DNA from: Malacoraja senta
Lineage: Eukaryota
Direction: 5' to 3'
DNA length: 64,000 bases
Assembly (NCBI GenBank): GCA_038087875.1
Contig: CM075996.1
Coordinates: forward strand, 1,986,001-2,050,000
Under the pieces are notes generated by a model. It was not told where the DNA came from, did no database searches, and saw only the letters and a list, made by a program, of their open reading frames with translations. The translations under genes and the position numbers were made by a program. Positions 13,251 to 24,943 of this stretch are shown here, in pieces (within the stretch, counting starts at the first letter, position 1; each line of letters starts with the position of its first letter).

Positions 13251-13965
13251 CTATGCTGCTGCACCCGCTGAGTTTCTCCTGCACTTTTGTCTACCAGGGA
13301 CAATCTACAATCTTTCCGAAGCCAATTAACCTGCAAACCTGTACGTCTTTGGGATGCGGGAAGGAAACCGGAGCACCCGGAGAAAACCCACGTGGTCACG
13401 GGGAGACAGTTTAAGAATAAGGGGCCACAGTTTAAGAATAAGAGGTAAGCCATTTAGAACGGAGATGAGGAAACACTTTTTCACACAGAGAGTTGTGAGT
13501 CTGTGGAATTCTCTGCCTCAGAAGGCGGTGGAGGCCAGTTCTCTGGATACTTTCAAGAGAGAGCTAGATAGGGCTCTTGAAGATTGCGGAGTCAGGGGAT
13601 ATGGGGAGAAGGCAGGAATGGGGTACAAATTGTGGATGATCAGCCGTGATCACATTGAATGGCGGTGCTGGATCGAAGGGCCGAATGGCCTACGCCTGCA
13701 CCTATTGTCTATTGTCTGTTGAGAACGTGCAAACTCCGTACAGACAGCACCCGTGGTCGGGATCGAACGCGGGCCTCTGGCGCGGACGAGGCAGCAGCTC
13801 CACCCGCTGCGCCCTGAAAACGACATCTGAAAACTAAAGTGAAGCCAGAGGAAACTCAGCCAAGAATATGACTTCCTTTCTTGTTCAGTTACAAGGAGTG
13901 AATGATGAGCAGAGAGTGGGATTGTTGCCATAGGTACCCTGCCTGACAGCGTGGGGGAGTTGAGT

Positions 13966-14165
13966 NNNNNNNNNNNNNNNNNNNNNNNNNNNNNNNNNNN
14001 NNNNNNNNNNNNNNNNNNNNNNNNNNNNNNNNNNNNNNNNNNNNNNNNNNNNNNNNNNNNNNNNNNNNNNNNNNNNNNNNNNNNNNNNNNNNNNNNNNNN
14101 NNNNNNNNNNNNNNNNNNNNNNNNNNNNNNNNNNNNNNNNNNNNNNNNNNNNNNNNNNNNNNNNN
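13966..14165. other. Assembly gap (200 N)
   Basis: N run. Confidence 1.
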
Positions 14166-14513
14166 GGAAGAGGGAGTGACCGGGTGTGACTGGTCCTTGA
14201 TTATGCTGCTGGCCTTGCCGAGGCAGCGTGAGGTGCAGATGGAGTCGATGGGGAGGGTCGACAAAAGCTTTACACGATAAGGGTACATGGTAAGGGCTCG
14301 ACCATTCACATTGAAAGTTTGACCTTTACACTTCTCTGTATTAAACTCCATGAACCATTTCCGCAGGGTGAGACCTCGGGGTGAGACGCGGGCACAGCAC
14401 CCTTGGGTGGCTTCCTCTCCAGGGTGGGCACTCCATGCTGTCTGTCGATGACGAGGTCTGACCTCCCCCCCCCCTCCCCCCACCAATCCCACGCTCCTGA
14501 CTTCTCGTTGCAG

Positions 14514-14653
14514 CCCGAAATGGACCTGACCCACCAAGACATCATGTCCGCGGCCGAGAACATTCTCCCCAACGCCTTCGCCGATGGCCGGATCACCAGC
14601 ATCCAGTTCGAGAACGTCAACGTTATTTGTGGCTCCTCTGGGCTGAAGAACAG
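14514..14653 (+). CDS. C19orf81: C19orf81 orthologue, penultimate coding exon
   Basis: Acceptor ctcgttgcag and donor gtgagg. PEMDLTHQDIMSAAENILPNAFADGRITSIQFENVNVICGSSGLKNR resembles recalled human [47 protein letters not shown]; syntenic with SHANK1. Confidence 0.88.
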
Positions 14654-15571
14654 GTGAGGTGGGGGAGCGGGGGGGGGGGGGAGTGGACCCCAGTGTGGTG
14701 GGACCATGGGATAAAGGTTCATTGTGGTTGGGGCCACGCAGTTGAGAGGTCCATTGTGATGGAACCCCATGTACAGCGCGGAAACAAGCCCTTTGGTTCA
14801 CCAAGTCCACACCCACCAGCGATCCCCGCACGCTAACCCCACCCTACACACACGAGGAACAATTTACACTTATACCAAGCCAATTAACCGACAAAACCTG
14901 CACGTCTTTGGAGTGTGGGAGGAAACCGGAGCGCCCGGAGAAAACCCACGCGGGTCACGGGGATGGAAGGCCAAGGAAATAATAGCCTTCGTCGTAAGTT
15001 CTAGGAGCAGAATTAGGGCCATTTAGCCCATCAAGTCTACTCTGCCATTCAATCATGGCTGACGTATCTTTGCCTCTCAACCCCCATTCTCCTGCCTTCA
15101 CCCCCGATACCCACCCAAACTAATCAAGAATTCCTGACCTCCCTGTCTACCTGTGACGCCACTTTCAGGGAACAATGTACCTGCATTCCTGGACCCCTCT
15201 GGTCTACAACACTGCCCAGAGCCCACCAACTCACCGTGCAGGTCGTGCCCTTGTTTGACATCTCAAATGTACAAGTTCATTAGTGATAGGTCAGGAGGGG
15301 AGGGGGGGGGGTGGGGACTTTCCCCCCTCCCCCGCCACGGGTACCATATCATCCCATGGTACCTGCTCCATGGTCGGATAGTCGGCGACTAACCCGTCTC
15401 CCCCACCTGGTTTGCCAGGTGAGGAGGGGGCTGTGGACCCCCCCAGCAGGACCAAAAGCAAGACCTGTCAAAGGGCGGATGGATGAGCTCCTAGCGAGCC
15501 AATGTCCGGCCATCCACACTTCAGTAGAAGTTACGATCACTGACGTACACGGCGTTGTAAGGAACGATGAT

Positions 15572-15605
<34 letters not shown>

Positions 15606-16829
15606 AACATCCTATACTTCCAGCGGCAGAAGTCCGCAGCAACTGGAGGACAGAGATGTGTGGTGCGTCCGTCACCGTTCCCGTCGGAAACCAGCACCAC
15701 TGCGTCGCTAATGTTTTCAAAGAAGATGATACGTGATAGGAACAGAATTAGGCCGTTCGGCCCATCACGTCTACTCCTCTATTCTATCATGGCTGATCTA
15801 CCTCTCCCTCTTAACCCCATTCTCCTGCCTTCTCCCCCATAACCCCTTCGGTACCGTGTACGTACCTGCATTAAACTGCACGAACCATTCTTCAGGCCAC
15901 CTTGCCCGACCGATCAAGCTCCTGCTGTAGTTCACAACAAACATCTCCACCGTCCTACTTCATAACGTCAGGAACGTCGTCGGTGGGCCGAAGGGCCTGA
16001 TCCAGTCCGTTCCCTCGCCACATTACTCCAGCGTTTTGTAACCGTGGCGGAGCGGTCGAGTTGCTGCCCCGGGGGACCCCGGGCTCGATCCCGTCTACCG
16101 GGCGCTGTCTGCGCGGAGTTTGCACGTTCTCCCCGTGACCTGCGTGGGTTTTTCTCCGGGTGCTCCGGGTTTCCTCCCACAATCCAAAGACGTGCAGATT
16201 GGCTTGGTGTAAAATGTAAATTGTCCCCAGGGTAGTGTTAGTAAATTGTGTAGGGTAGTATTAGTGTGAGGGGATCACTGGGCGGCCCGGACTCGATGGG
16301 CCGAAGGGCCTGTTTCCGCGCCGTATCTCTGAACTTGACTATCTGCGATGCCACCCACTTCAGAGCGTCAGGAGGGGACGGGCCCGAAACGTGGTCTGTC
16401 CATAGAACATAGAAACATAGACAATAGGTGCAGGAGTAGGCCATTCGGCCCTTCGAGCCTGCACCGCCATTCAATGTGATCATGGCTGATCATCCAACTC
16501 AGTATCCTGTACCTGCCTTCTCTCCATACCCCCTGATCCCTTTAGCCACAACTAACTCCCTCTTAACTATAGCCAATTAACTGGCCTCAACTACATTCTG
16601 TGGCAGAGAATTCCACAGATTCACCACTCTCTGTGTGTGAATTTTTTTTCTTCTCATCACGGTCCTAAAAGACGGAAACCCCCCTTTATCCTTAAACTGT
16701 GTGACCCCTTGTCCTGGACTTCCCCAACATCGGGAACAATCCTCCTGCATTCAGCCTGTCCAACCCGTTCCCTTCCGCGGATGCTGCCTGACCCGCCGAG
16801 TTCCTCCAGCTCTTGTCTCTTGCGACCAG

Positions 16830-17034
16830 GTGGCTGATCAATGTGTCGGACTTCCAGACCAGGAGCTTGTTCCTCAATTCTGGCCTCATCATCAACAAAG
16901 TCTACTTGGCCGTGCAACGCTACGATGACCTGCTGATGGAGGATTATAAGTTGCACCTGCGCAGGGCGATGGCCCAGAAGAAAGTGCTGGAGACTTTGAA
17001 TGAAACGGCTAACCTGGGCATGAAGGCCAGGTAG
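16830..17034 (+). CDS. C19orf81: C19orf81 orthologue, last coding exon (stop TAG 17032-17034)
   Basis: Phase-compatible AG|G=Arg. WLINVSDFQTRSLFLNSG...RYDDLLMEDYKLHLRRAMAQKKVLETL resembles recalled human WLIAVTDFQTRSRLLRSG...RHDDLLLGDYRLHLRRSL. Confidence 0.88.
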
Positions 17035-17127
17035 AGCGGACGCAGATGTTTGGGCGGAGACGGGTTAAATGCGGGAGGGGGGTTAGAAGAGTCGACAAGA
17101 GATTTGTTTAAAAAAAGCTGCAAGACC

Positions 17128-17133
17128 AATAAA
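17128..17133 (+). terminator. Probable polyadenylation signal of C19orf81
   Basis: AATAAA ~95 nt after the stop, followed by GT/T-rich sequence. Confidence 0.65.
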
Positions 17134-17224
17134 AACGATTGTTCTTTTGTCTTGTTGCCTGACAGATGTCTTTTTTAATTGTATTAATATATCAGCGCTC
17201 ACGGTGGAATTCTTCACACCTTAA

Positions 17225-17620
17225 CATAGAAACATTGAAACATAGAAAATAGGTGCAGGAGTAGGCCATTCGGCCCTTCGAGCCTGCACCGCCATTCAAT
17301 ATGATCATGGCTGATCATCCAACTTAGTATCCCGTCCCTGCCTTCTCTCCATACCCCCTGATCCCTTTAGCCACAAGGGCCACATCTAACTCCTCTTAAA
17401 TATAGCCAATGAACTGGCCTCAACTACCTTCTGTAGCAGAGAATTCCACAGATTCACCACTCTCTGTGTGAAAAATGATTTCCTCATCTCGGTCCTGAAA
17501 GACTTCCCCCTTATCCTTAAACTGTGACCCCTAGTTCTGGACTTCCCCAAAATCGGGAACAATCTTCCTGCATCTAGCCTGTCCAACTCCTTAAGAATTT
17601 TGGTAAGTCTCTATAAGTTT
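17225..17620 (-). mobile_element. CR1-type LINE 3' end
   Basis: DRLDAGRLFPILGKSRTRGHSLRIRG...; (catagaaa)n tail. Confidence 0.85.
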
Positions 17621-18910
17621 CTTAATGGAGTCTCGTATCAGGAGTGTGGTGTTTGAAGCGGTGTCATTGTCACCTTCCCCGTAGCTAACAACGGACCACT
17701 CCGCAGTTCCTGTTTAAGAAAAAACTGCAGATGCTGGGAAAAAAATCGAAGGTGGACAAAAATGCTGGAGAAACTCAGCGGGTGAGGCAGCATCTATGGT
17801 TAGAGAAGGAATGAAGGGTCTCGACCCGAAACGTCACCTATTTCCTTCGCTCCATAGATGCTGCCTCACCCGCTGAGTTTCTCCACCATTTTTGTCTACA
17901 CTCTACATTTTCTTGTTCGTCTGCTTTGATCTCTCCTTTTCACACCTTTACGTGGGGGGGGTGGGGGGATTGCAACCTTCCATTTATTCGTAAGGCTGTA
18001 TGACGACCACACATTTCACTGTACCAATTGGTACATGTAACAAATAAATGTCTCTTGAAATCTCTGTGTGTGTCTCTCTCGCCCCCGACTCAGTCTGAAG
18101 AAGAAGGGTCTCGACCCGAAACGTCACCCATTCCTTCTCTCCAGAGATGCTGCCTGTCTGTCCCGCTGAGTTACTCCAGCAATCTGTGTGTGTACCTTCG
18201 GTGTGAATTTTGTCTACCAAGGAACTGCAGGTGCTGGTTTGAACCGAAGACAGACACAACATTGGGGCGGAGTGACTCAGCGGGACAGGCAGCATCTCTG
18301 GAGAGAAGGAACGGGCGGCGTTTCGGGTCGAGACCCTTCTCCTTCAGACTGAATTTCGTTGTTCCGTGGTTGACAACGAAACAATCTTGACTCTTATACA
18401 TTGTTGGGGCCAACATACATTTGGCAAATCACTCCCTCGCTAAAAGATAACCTTTTTTCTCTTCTGGCACGGTAGAGTTGCTGCCTCACAGCGCAGGAGA
18501 CCCGGGTTCAAACCATCCATGTGTGTATATATTTATGTAATGGTATATAGACACACTGGTCTGTATTCATGCCGTCTATATTCTGTTGTGCTGAAGCAAA
18601 GCAAGAATTTCATTGTCCCATCTGGACACACGACAAGAAACTCTCTTGAACCTTGACCACGGGTGCTGTCTGTGCGGAGTTTGCACGTTCTCCCCGGGTG
18701 AGTTTTCTCCGGGTGCTCCGGTCTCCTCCCACACTCCAAAGGCGGGTGCAGGTTAATTGGATTTGGTGTAAAATTGTCCCTCAGTGTGTGAGTAGGGTGG
18801 TGTTAGTGTGCGGGGACCGGTGGGCCGGAAGGGCCTGTTTTCCGCGCCTTAATCTCCAAACTAAAGCAATTAAAACAAAAACCTTGGCGGGCAATTCCTC
18901 ATTAGTATTC

Positions 18911-18916
18911 TTTATT
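18911..18916 (-). terminator. Probable polyadenylation signal of SHANK1
   Basis: AATAAA on the minus strand at the end of a non-repetitive AT-rich block (18890-19365) typical of a distal 3' UTR. Confidence 0.55.
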
Positions 18917-19407
18917 TCTCCTGTACACAAAGCATTCACGGAATGTTCTCCCCTTATATGTACACTTTACAAGATATGCAGTAAGATAGGATAACTTGGT
19001 CGCCTGGTCTTTACCGAGATAGAGTTCCCATCCCTTTTATATAGATGGTAGTAGCTCGATACATGAGAAATGAGTCACATATTCATTATCAAACAGACCG
19101 CGTCTGAGTATTGTGTGGGGGGGTTTTTTTTTTTTTTTCATTGTCTTGAGAGTTTCTACATTCCTGGCGTTAGATACATTCAGTCTGAAGCCCTTTTAAT
19201 AAGACACACGAGGTTGGTGTGTCAGCTGCTTGTAGCTTGCCCCGTCCGCAAGGAGGCAGAGCATCTTGAGACTACTGGCTGCAGGTTTAGTTTCCGTTTC
19301 GATCTACCTTGTCCATCCCCCCTCCCCCACCCACCCCCGTTAATAAATAGCTAAAATATAAAAGGACTGCAGGCCTGAAGAAGGGTCTCGACCTGAAACG
19401 TCACCCA

Positions 19408-19585
19408 TTCCTTCTCTCCAGAGATGCTGCCTGTCCCGCTGAGTTACTCCAGCATTCTGTGTCTTATCTTCTCTCCAGAGATGCTGCCTGTCCCGCTGAG
19501 TTACTCCAGCATTCTGTGTCTTATCATCTCTCCAGAGATGCTGCCTGTCCCGCTGAGTTACTCCAGCATTCTGTGTCTTATCTTC
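19408..19585 (+). repeat. Three tandem ~58-bp copies of a Penelope-like terminal-repeat segment
   Basis: ctctccagagatgctgcctgtcccgctgagttactccagcattctgtgtcttatc repeated three times. Confidence 0.9.
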
Positions 19586-20326
19586 GGTGTAAACCAGCAT
19601 CTGCGGTTCCTTGCCGCTCAGCAGGCCTCCGGGGCGGGCAATGGGAACGAGAAGAACATATTCTTCCTCCTTGATGTTCTGCAGTAGGTCTTGGGAAGCC
19701 GTCTGATGGGAGCAGTGGTGTTGGCAAGGAGGGTTTTGGCGGTGGGCGGGGAGGGAAACTAGAGGCCGTTGGATAAGGTTTCTAAGTCGAGCGTTCGCCC
19801 CCCTCCCCCCCCCCCCACCTCTGCCGCCTCTCAGCGATGAGGCACGTTGACCTTGAGGGAAGGTCAACGGCGAGGAGGTACAATGACTGGTCGCAGACTG
19901 TCCAACAAGCGTTGGCCGTATATGTTGGGAATGGCCGTTCAAGGCCAGAGGCCCGGACCTCTGTGTCCTTGGTTCGAGGCCGCAGGGATTTGACCCGCCT
20001 GTTCTCGAGGGGCCCGGGCCCCTGGGCGGAGGTGGTAGATCCAAAGGGGGGGGGGGAAGCGCGAGGCTTCGGCCTGCAGGGAGGGGCGAGGAAAGGAACG
20101 GGAGGGGGACACACACACACTCACTCTCCCCGGGAACCGCCGTGTCTCGCTGACTTTGGCACATACGTATTTCGGAGTAGACTTGAGGTGCGGTCGGTAG
20201 GACACGCACACTCGGGTTCATGTTTGGCAACGGTAGAACTCCACCTGTGGCACTTTAGGCAGGCTGCGGCCTGGCGAGAGGGACCCTTGGTCCAACCCTG
20301 GGACAGGCCGACGGCTTACGGGCCAG

Positions 20327-20880
20327 ACTGCGGCCTAGTGGGCAAGACTGAGGCCTAGTGGATAGGAGCACGGCTTAGTGAGCAGGCTTGAGGCCTAGTG
20401 GGCAAGACTGAGGCCTAGTGGAGAGGATCACGGCTTAGTGAGCAGGCTTGAAGTCTAGTGGGCAAGACTGAGGCCTAGTGGAGAGGATCATGGCTTAGTG
20501 AGCAGGCCCGAGGCCTAGAGGGCACGACTGAGGCCTAGTGGAGAGGACCAAGGCCTGGCAGTCATGACAGACGCCTAGTGGAGAGGATTGAAGCCTAGAG
20601 GAGAAGATCACGGCTTAGTGAGCAGGTCCGAGGCCTTGTGGGCTGGACTGAAGCCTAGTGGAGAGTATCACGGATTAGTGAGCAGGCCTGAGGCCTAGAG
20701 GGCAAGACTGAGGCCTAGTGGAGAGGACCAAGGCCTGGCAGTCATGACAGAGGCCTAGTGGAGAGGACTGAAGCCTAGAGGAGAGCATCACGGATTAGTG
20801 AGCAGGCCTGAGGCCTTGTGGGCAAGACTGAGGCCTAGTGGAGAGGACTGAGGCCTAGTTGAGAGGACCAAAGCCTGGCG
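20327..20880. repeat. Minisatellite, 20-bp unit with ~60-bp higher-order structure
   Basis: ggcctagtgggcaagactga / ggcctagtggagaggatcac / ggcttagtgagcaggcttga cycles. Confidence 0.92.
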
Positions 20881-21162
20881 GGCAGGAGCACGGCCTTACA
20901 CACGACACGTGATCTGGGTTTGAGAGGATCTGAGAGGTTCATCTTGAAGTCAGTGTCAATGGACGGAGAGATAAATGGGGGGAGGTGGGTATCCTGGGCG
21001 GGGAGGGGAGGGGACGTGTGTGTGATTGGGGGGGGGGCCGCCTGTCAACCGCCGTCTCTTCACCGCGAGGAACTCGGCATCGGCCGAGGGGGAGGAGGCA
21101 CCGAGAACCTTGCCGGCAATTACACACCGCACACACGGAGAGAGGTGGGACAGGGATGTGGG

Positions 21163-21655
21163 ACACACACACACGCATGTACTCACCCACACACATGTGC
21201 ACACACACACACATGTACACTCACACACACATGTACACTCACATACACACACACATGTACACTCACACACACGCATGTACACTCACACACACACGTGCAC
21301 ACACACGCATGTACACTCACACACACATATACACTCACACACACACGTGCACACACACACATATACACTCACACACACACATATGTACACTCACACACAC
21401 ACGCGTGGACACACACACACGCATGTACTCACACACGTGGACACACACATACACGCATGTACTCACACACACAACTCCCTCTCACTCACTCACATGCCTA
21501 TCTCTCACGCTCCCTCACACACTATCTCTCTCACCTCTCTCACTCTCTCTCCTCTCTCTCACTCTCTCACCTCTCACCTCTCTCTCTCACCTCTCTCTCC
21601 TCTCTCTCTCTTTCTCTCTCACCTCTCTTCTCTCTCACACTCTCTCTCACACACG
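21163..21655. repeat. CA-rich then CT-rich microsatellite
   Basis: Direct inspection. Confidence 0.9.
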
Positions 21656-23516
21656 GACCACTCTGCATCCTGCAGCTCGGGATAAAGACATCACTCACCA
21701 CTCCACTTAACTGGAGGGCAGGCTGGGATCATTCCCCTGGCAGCCACCACAACCAGAACTCCCACGCACTAACCCACAAACCTTCTTGGCTGCTTATCCC
21801 TGGGACCGCGTGGGTTTTCTCCGGGTGCTCGGGTTTCCCCCCCCCCCATTGTCCCAAAGACGTGCGGGTTTGTAGGTTAATCGGCCCCCTCCCTCCCCCC
21901 GGTGTGTTGGGAGTGGATGAGAAAGTGGGATAACATTTGATCGGTGGTCGGCATGGACTCGATGGGCCGAAGGGCCTGTTGTGAAGAACAGGGCAGGTGG
22001 TCTTGGGGTGTGGTGAAAGGAATTTAGATTGGTGAGGGGCGGGGATGGAGGGGGGGGGGTTTAGAAGATGCTCCAGCGTTTCGGATCGACCCTCTTTGGG
22101 AATTGGCCAAGTTTACCTGGGCGCTCACCTGGTCTGAAGAAACGTCACCTATTCCTTTACTCCGGAGATGCTGCCTGAACCGCTGAGTTACTCCAGCACT
22201 TTGTTTCCAACTGAGGTTTGGACCAACATCTGCAGTTCCTCCCTGCACACAGTACAGCACAGGAACAGGCCCTTCGGCCCACAATGTCCGTGCTGGACGT
22301 GATGCCAAGTTAAACCGATCTCCTCGGCCTGTGGTCCATATCCCTCAGTATCCATGTACCTATCTGAAAGCCTCCTGAACTCCACCATCTCAGCCATGAT
22401 CACATTGGATGGCGGTGCTGGCTCGAAGGGCCGAATGGCTTACTCCTGCACCTGTTGCCTATTGTCTATTAACTGGGAGGTTGGGGGGGTTGAGGTCAAC
22501 TTTACCAGGGTGCCCACTTGGACCTGCTGGTGTCTCCCCCGAATCCATCACCGTCCTCACCCCTCCCCCCCTGTAATGGTGGGGGTCATGGGACAGTGAT
22601 CCTGGGGATGGAGACTGGTGCCCCCCCCCCCCTTCCCTCCCAAAGGACCCAAGATGTTCGACCCAGGACCCTCAATGTAGAAGATCCAACAGCCCAACCT
22701 AGTCACCAGAAGAAGGATCTCGACCCGAAACGTCACCCATTCCCTTCTCTCCAGAGATGCTTCCTGTCCCGCTGAGTTACTCCAAATTTATGTATCACCA
22801 GCATCTGCGGTCTAATCTGGTTAACCAACTGGTCAAGTTAGCAGTCTGGTCAACTAACTGGCCGATTGAGGGTGGCTGTCCAGTGTGCCTTCTCTGAGCT
22901 GACCCGACTCATGGACATAGTTGAATGTGGAGACCACTCCTCTGTGCGCACACAGAATTGGGATCCAGTGCTTCACCGGGCGATAGGTCCGGGGGAGGGG
23001 AGTTTAGCGATCTACTCGTGAGGGGGGTTTTGAGGGTCTGGGGTGTGTGGGGGTGGAGGAGGGGGGGGTGAGGGGGAAGAGACAAGACCGGGACCCTCAG
23101 GGAGTGAGACGGGGGCAGGAGCTCCACAAGCCCATGCCAGGATCTACACGTTGGCAAGAGTCTTGGGCGACCTTGGCATTGGCATTGGTGCTGTCCAAAG
23201 ATCTTGGTCGAACCTGCTGGCATCTCAGTTGCCCAAGAGTCTTGGCCGCCCTTGACCCAAGAGACTTGGTCGCCCTTAGTGTTGGCATCTTCTCAAGTGT
23301 TGGTTCCGTTGGTGTTGGTTCCGTTGGCTGCCCGTCGTAGAGCGCGGGGGAGGGGGGGAGGGGAGAGTCTGGCGTTGAGGGTGGGGGGTTGTTGGCTTCT
23401 GGCATCGTACGTTTGCCATCCTTCGGGTAGAGTTGGTCTGGTGAGGGGGGTTGGGGTGGGGTGGTTGGAGTAGGGGTGGGGTGGGGGGGTGAGGGGGAAG
23501 CCTCCAGGATCTGGGA

Positions 23517-24065
23517 TCACCTCTCCAGCAGCTGCTTCAAGGCCCGTTCAATGTTCATGCGATGGCCAACCCTGGTGACGCCCAGGTCCACATAGTCCTC
23601 CTTCTGCAGGGAGGGCAGGTGGCTCCCGTCGATCTCGTTGTCCAAGAAGTTCTCCTTGTGCTCGCCCAGCCGCAGGTAGTCCAGCCAGTCGGCCACGTCG
23701 AACTTGCTCCAGAAGGCCAGGGGCTTGGCGGCAAACGGCTTGTCGGGGGGCACGGGCGGGGGGGACTGGAAGCCCCCCAACCCCACCGGGGAGTGGGCCC
23801 GGTTCCCCGGGGCGGGCTCGAACCCCACCCCCACCGAGGGAGGGGGAGGGGGAGGGACGCCCCCCAGGGCCGAGGGGAAGATGGGCAGGGAGGAGGGCCG
23901 GGGGTGGAGGTGGGGGGGCCGGGTCGCCCCTCCCCCTGGGCCAAGGAGGGGCTGGGGGACCGGCGGGAGGACGACTTCATCTCGAACTCCAGCGTCCGGT
24001 GGCCGTGGGGGCCCGACTTTGGCCAGCACTGACCCCTGAGACCCAGGCCCGAGTCATCCGAGAGC
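23517..24065 (-). CDS. SHANK1: SHANK1 last coding exon (SAM domain), with an apparent 1-nt frameshift at ~23900-23945
   Basis: Acceptor cctgcag. RLSDDS...LEFEM...RRSPSPSL then, in another frame, PRPSSLPIFP...PDKPFAAKPLAFWSKFDVADWL...EIDGSHLPSLQKEDYVDLGVTRVGHRMNIERALKQLLER*; TGA at 23519-23517. Confidence 0.93.
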
Positions 24066-24069
24066 CTGC

Positions 24070-24526
24070 AGGGGGAGGGAGGGAGGAGAGAAAGAGGGAG
24101 AGAGAGAGATGGGGGGTGAGAGAGAGAGTGGGGGAGTGAGGGGGGGAGAGAGAGATGGGGAGAGAGAGGGGGGAGAGAGAGAGGGAAAATAGAGAGGGAG
24201 AGAGAGAGGGGGGGAGAGATGGGGAGGGGGGAGAGAGGAGGGGTAGTGAGAGGGAGGGGGAAGGCGGGGAGAGAGGGGGGGTAGAGAGGGAATGAGAGAG
24301 ATTGTGATAGGCCATGCCCTCTGACCCATCCCCCTATCCCCACCACCCACACCCCCTTGCTCTGCTCCCCCCTTCCCCTTTCTCTCCGGACCCCATTCTT
24401 CACACCCCATCCACTCCCCTCTCCACATTTCCCCCTTGCTGCCCCCCTCCCTCTCTCCGTCTCCCCTCCCTCCCGTCCCTTGTGTGTGTATGTGCGTATA
24501 TGTGCGTGCATGCATGTGCATTTGTG

Positions 24527-24563
<37 letters not shown>

Positions 24564-24930
24564 ATTTGTGCGTGTGTGTCTGTGCGTGTGTGTGTGCATT
24601 TGTGCATGTGTGTGTGTGTGTGTGCGTGTGTGTGTGCATTTGTGCATGCGTGTGTGTGTGTGTGTGTGCATATGTGCATGTGTGTGTGTGTGCATTTGTG
24701 CATGTGTGTGTGCATTTGTGCATGTGTGTGTGTGTGTGCATTTGTGGATGTGTGTGTGCGTGTGTGTGCATTTGTGCATGTGTGTGTGTGTGTGTGTGCG
24801 TATGTGTGCGTGTGGCGTGTGTGTGCGTGCGTGTGGGCACCTGCGTGTGTGTGTGCGTGTGTGCCTGCGTGTGTGTGTGTGTGTGTGTGTGCGTGCCTGC
24901 GTGTGTGTGTGCGTGAGCGTGCGTGTGCGT
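24070..24930. repeat. Intronic GA-rich and (TG)n-rich simple repeats
   Basis: Direct inspection. Confidence 0.9.
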
Positions 24931-24943
24931 GTAGCCGTGTTAC

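Noticed and set aside
14403..14513. In-frame upstream extension of the C19orf81 exon
   Set aside because: Runs through a C-rich polypyrimidine tract to a strong acceptor, so it is intronic
15688..15712. Possible REST/RE1 site (cagcaccac...)
   Set aside because: Only the left half-site matches; GGACAG is absent
19340..20358. 296-aa minus and 173-aa plus ORFs
   Set aside because: GC-rich putative UTR plus repeat-derived sequence, with no recognisable protein motif
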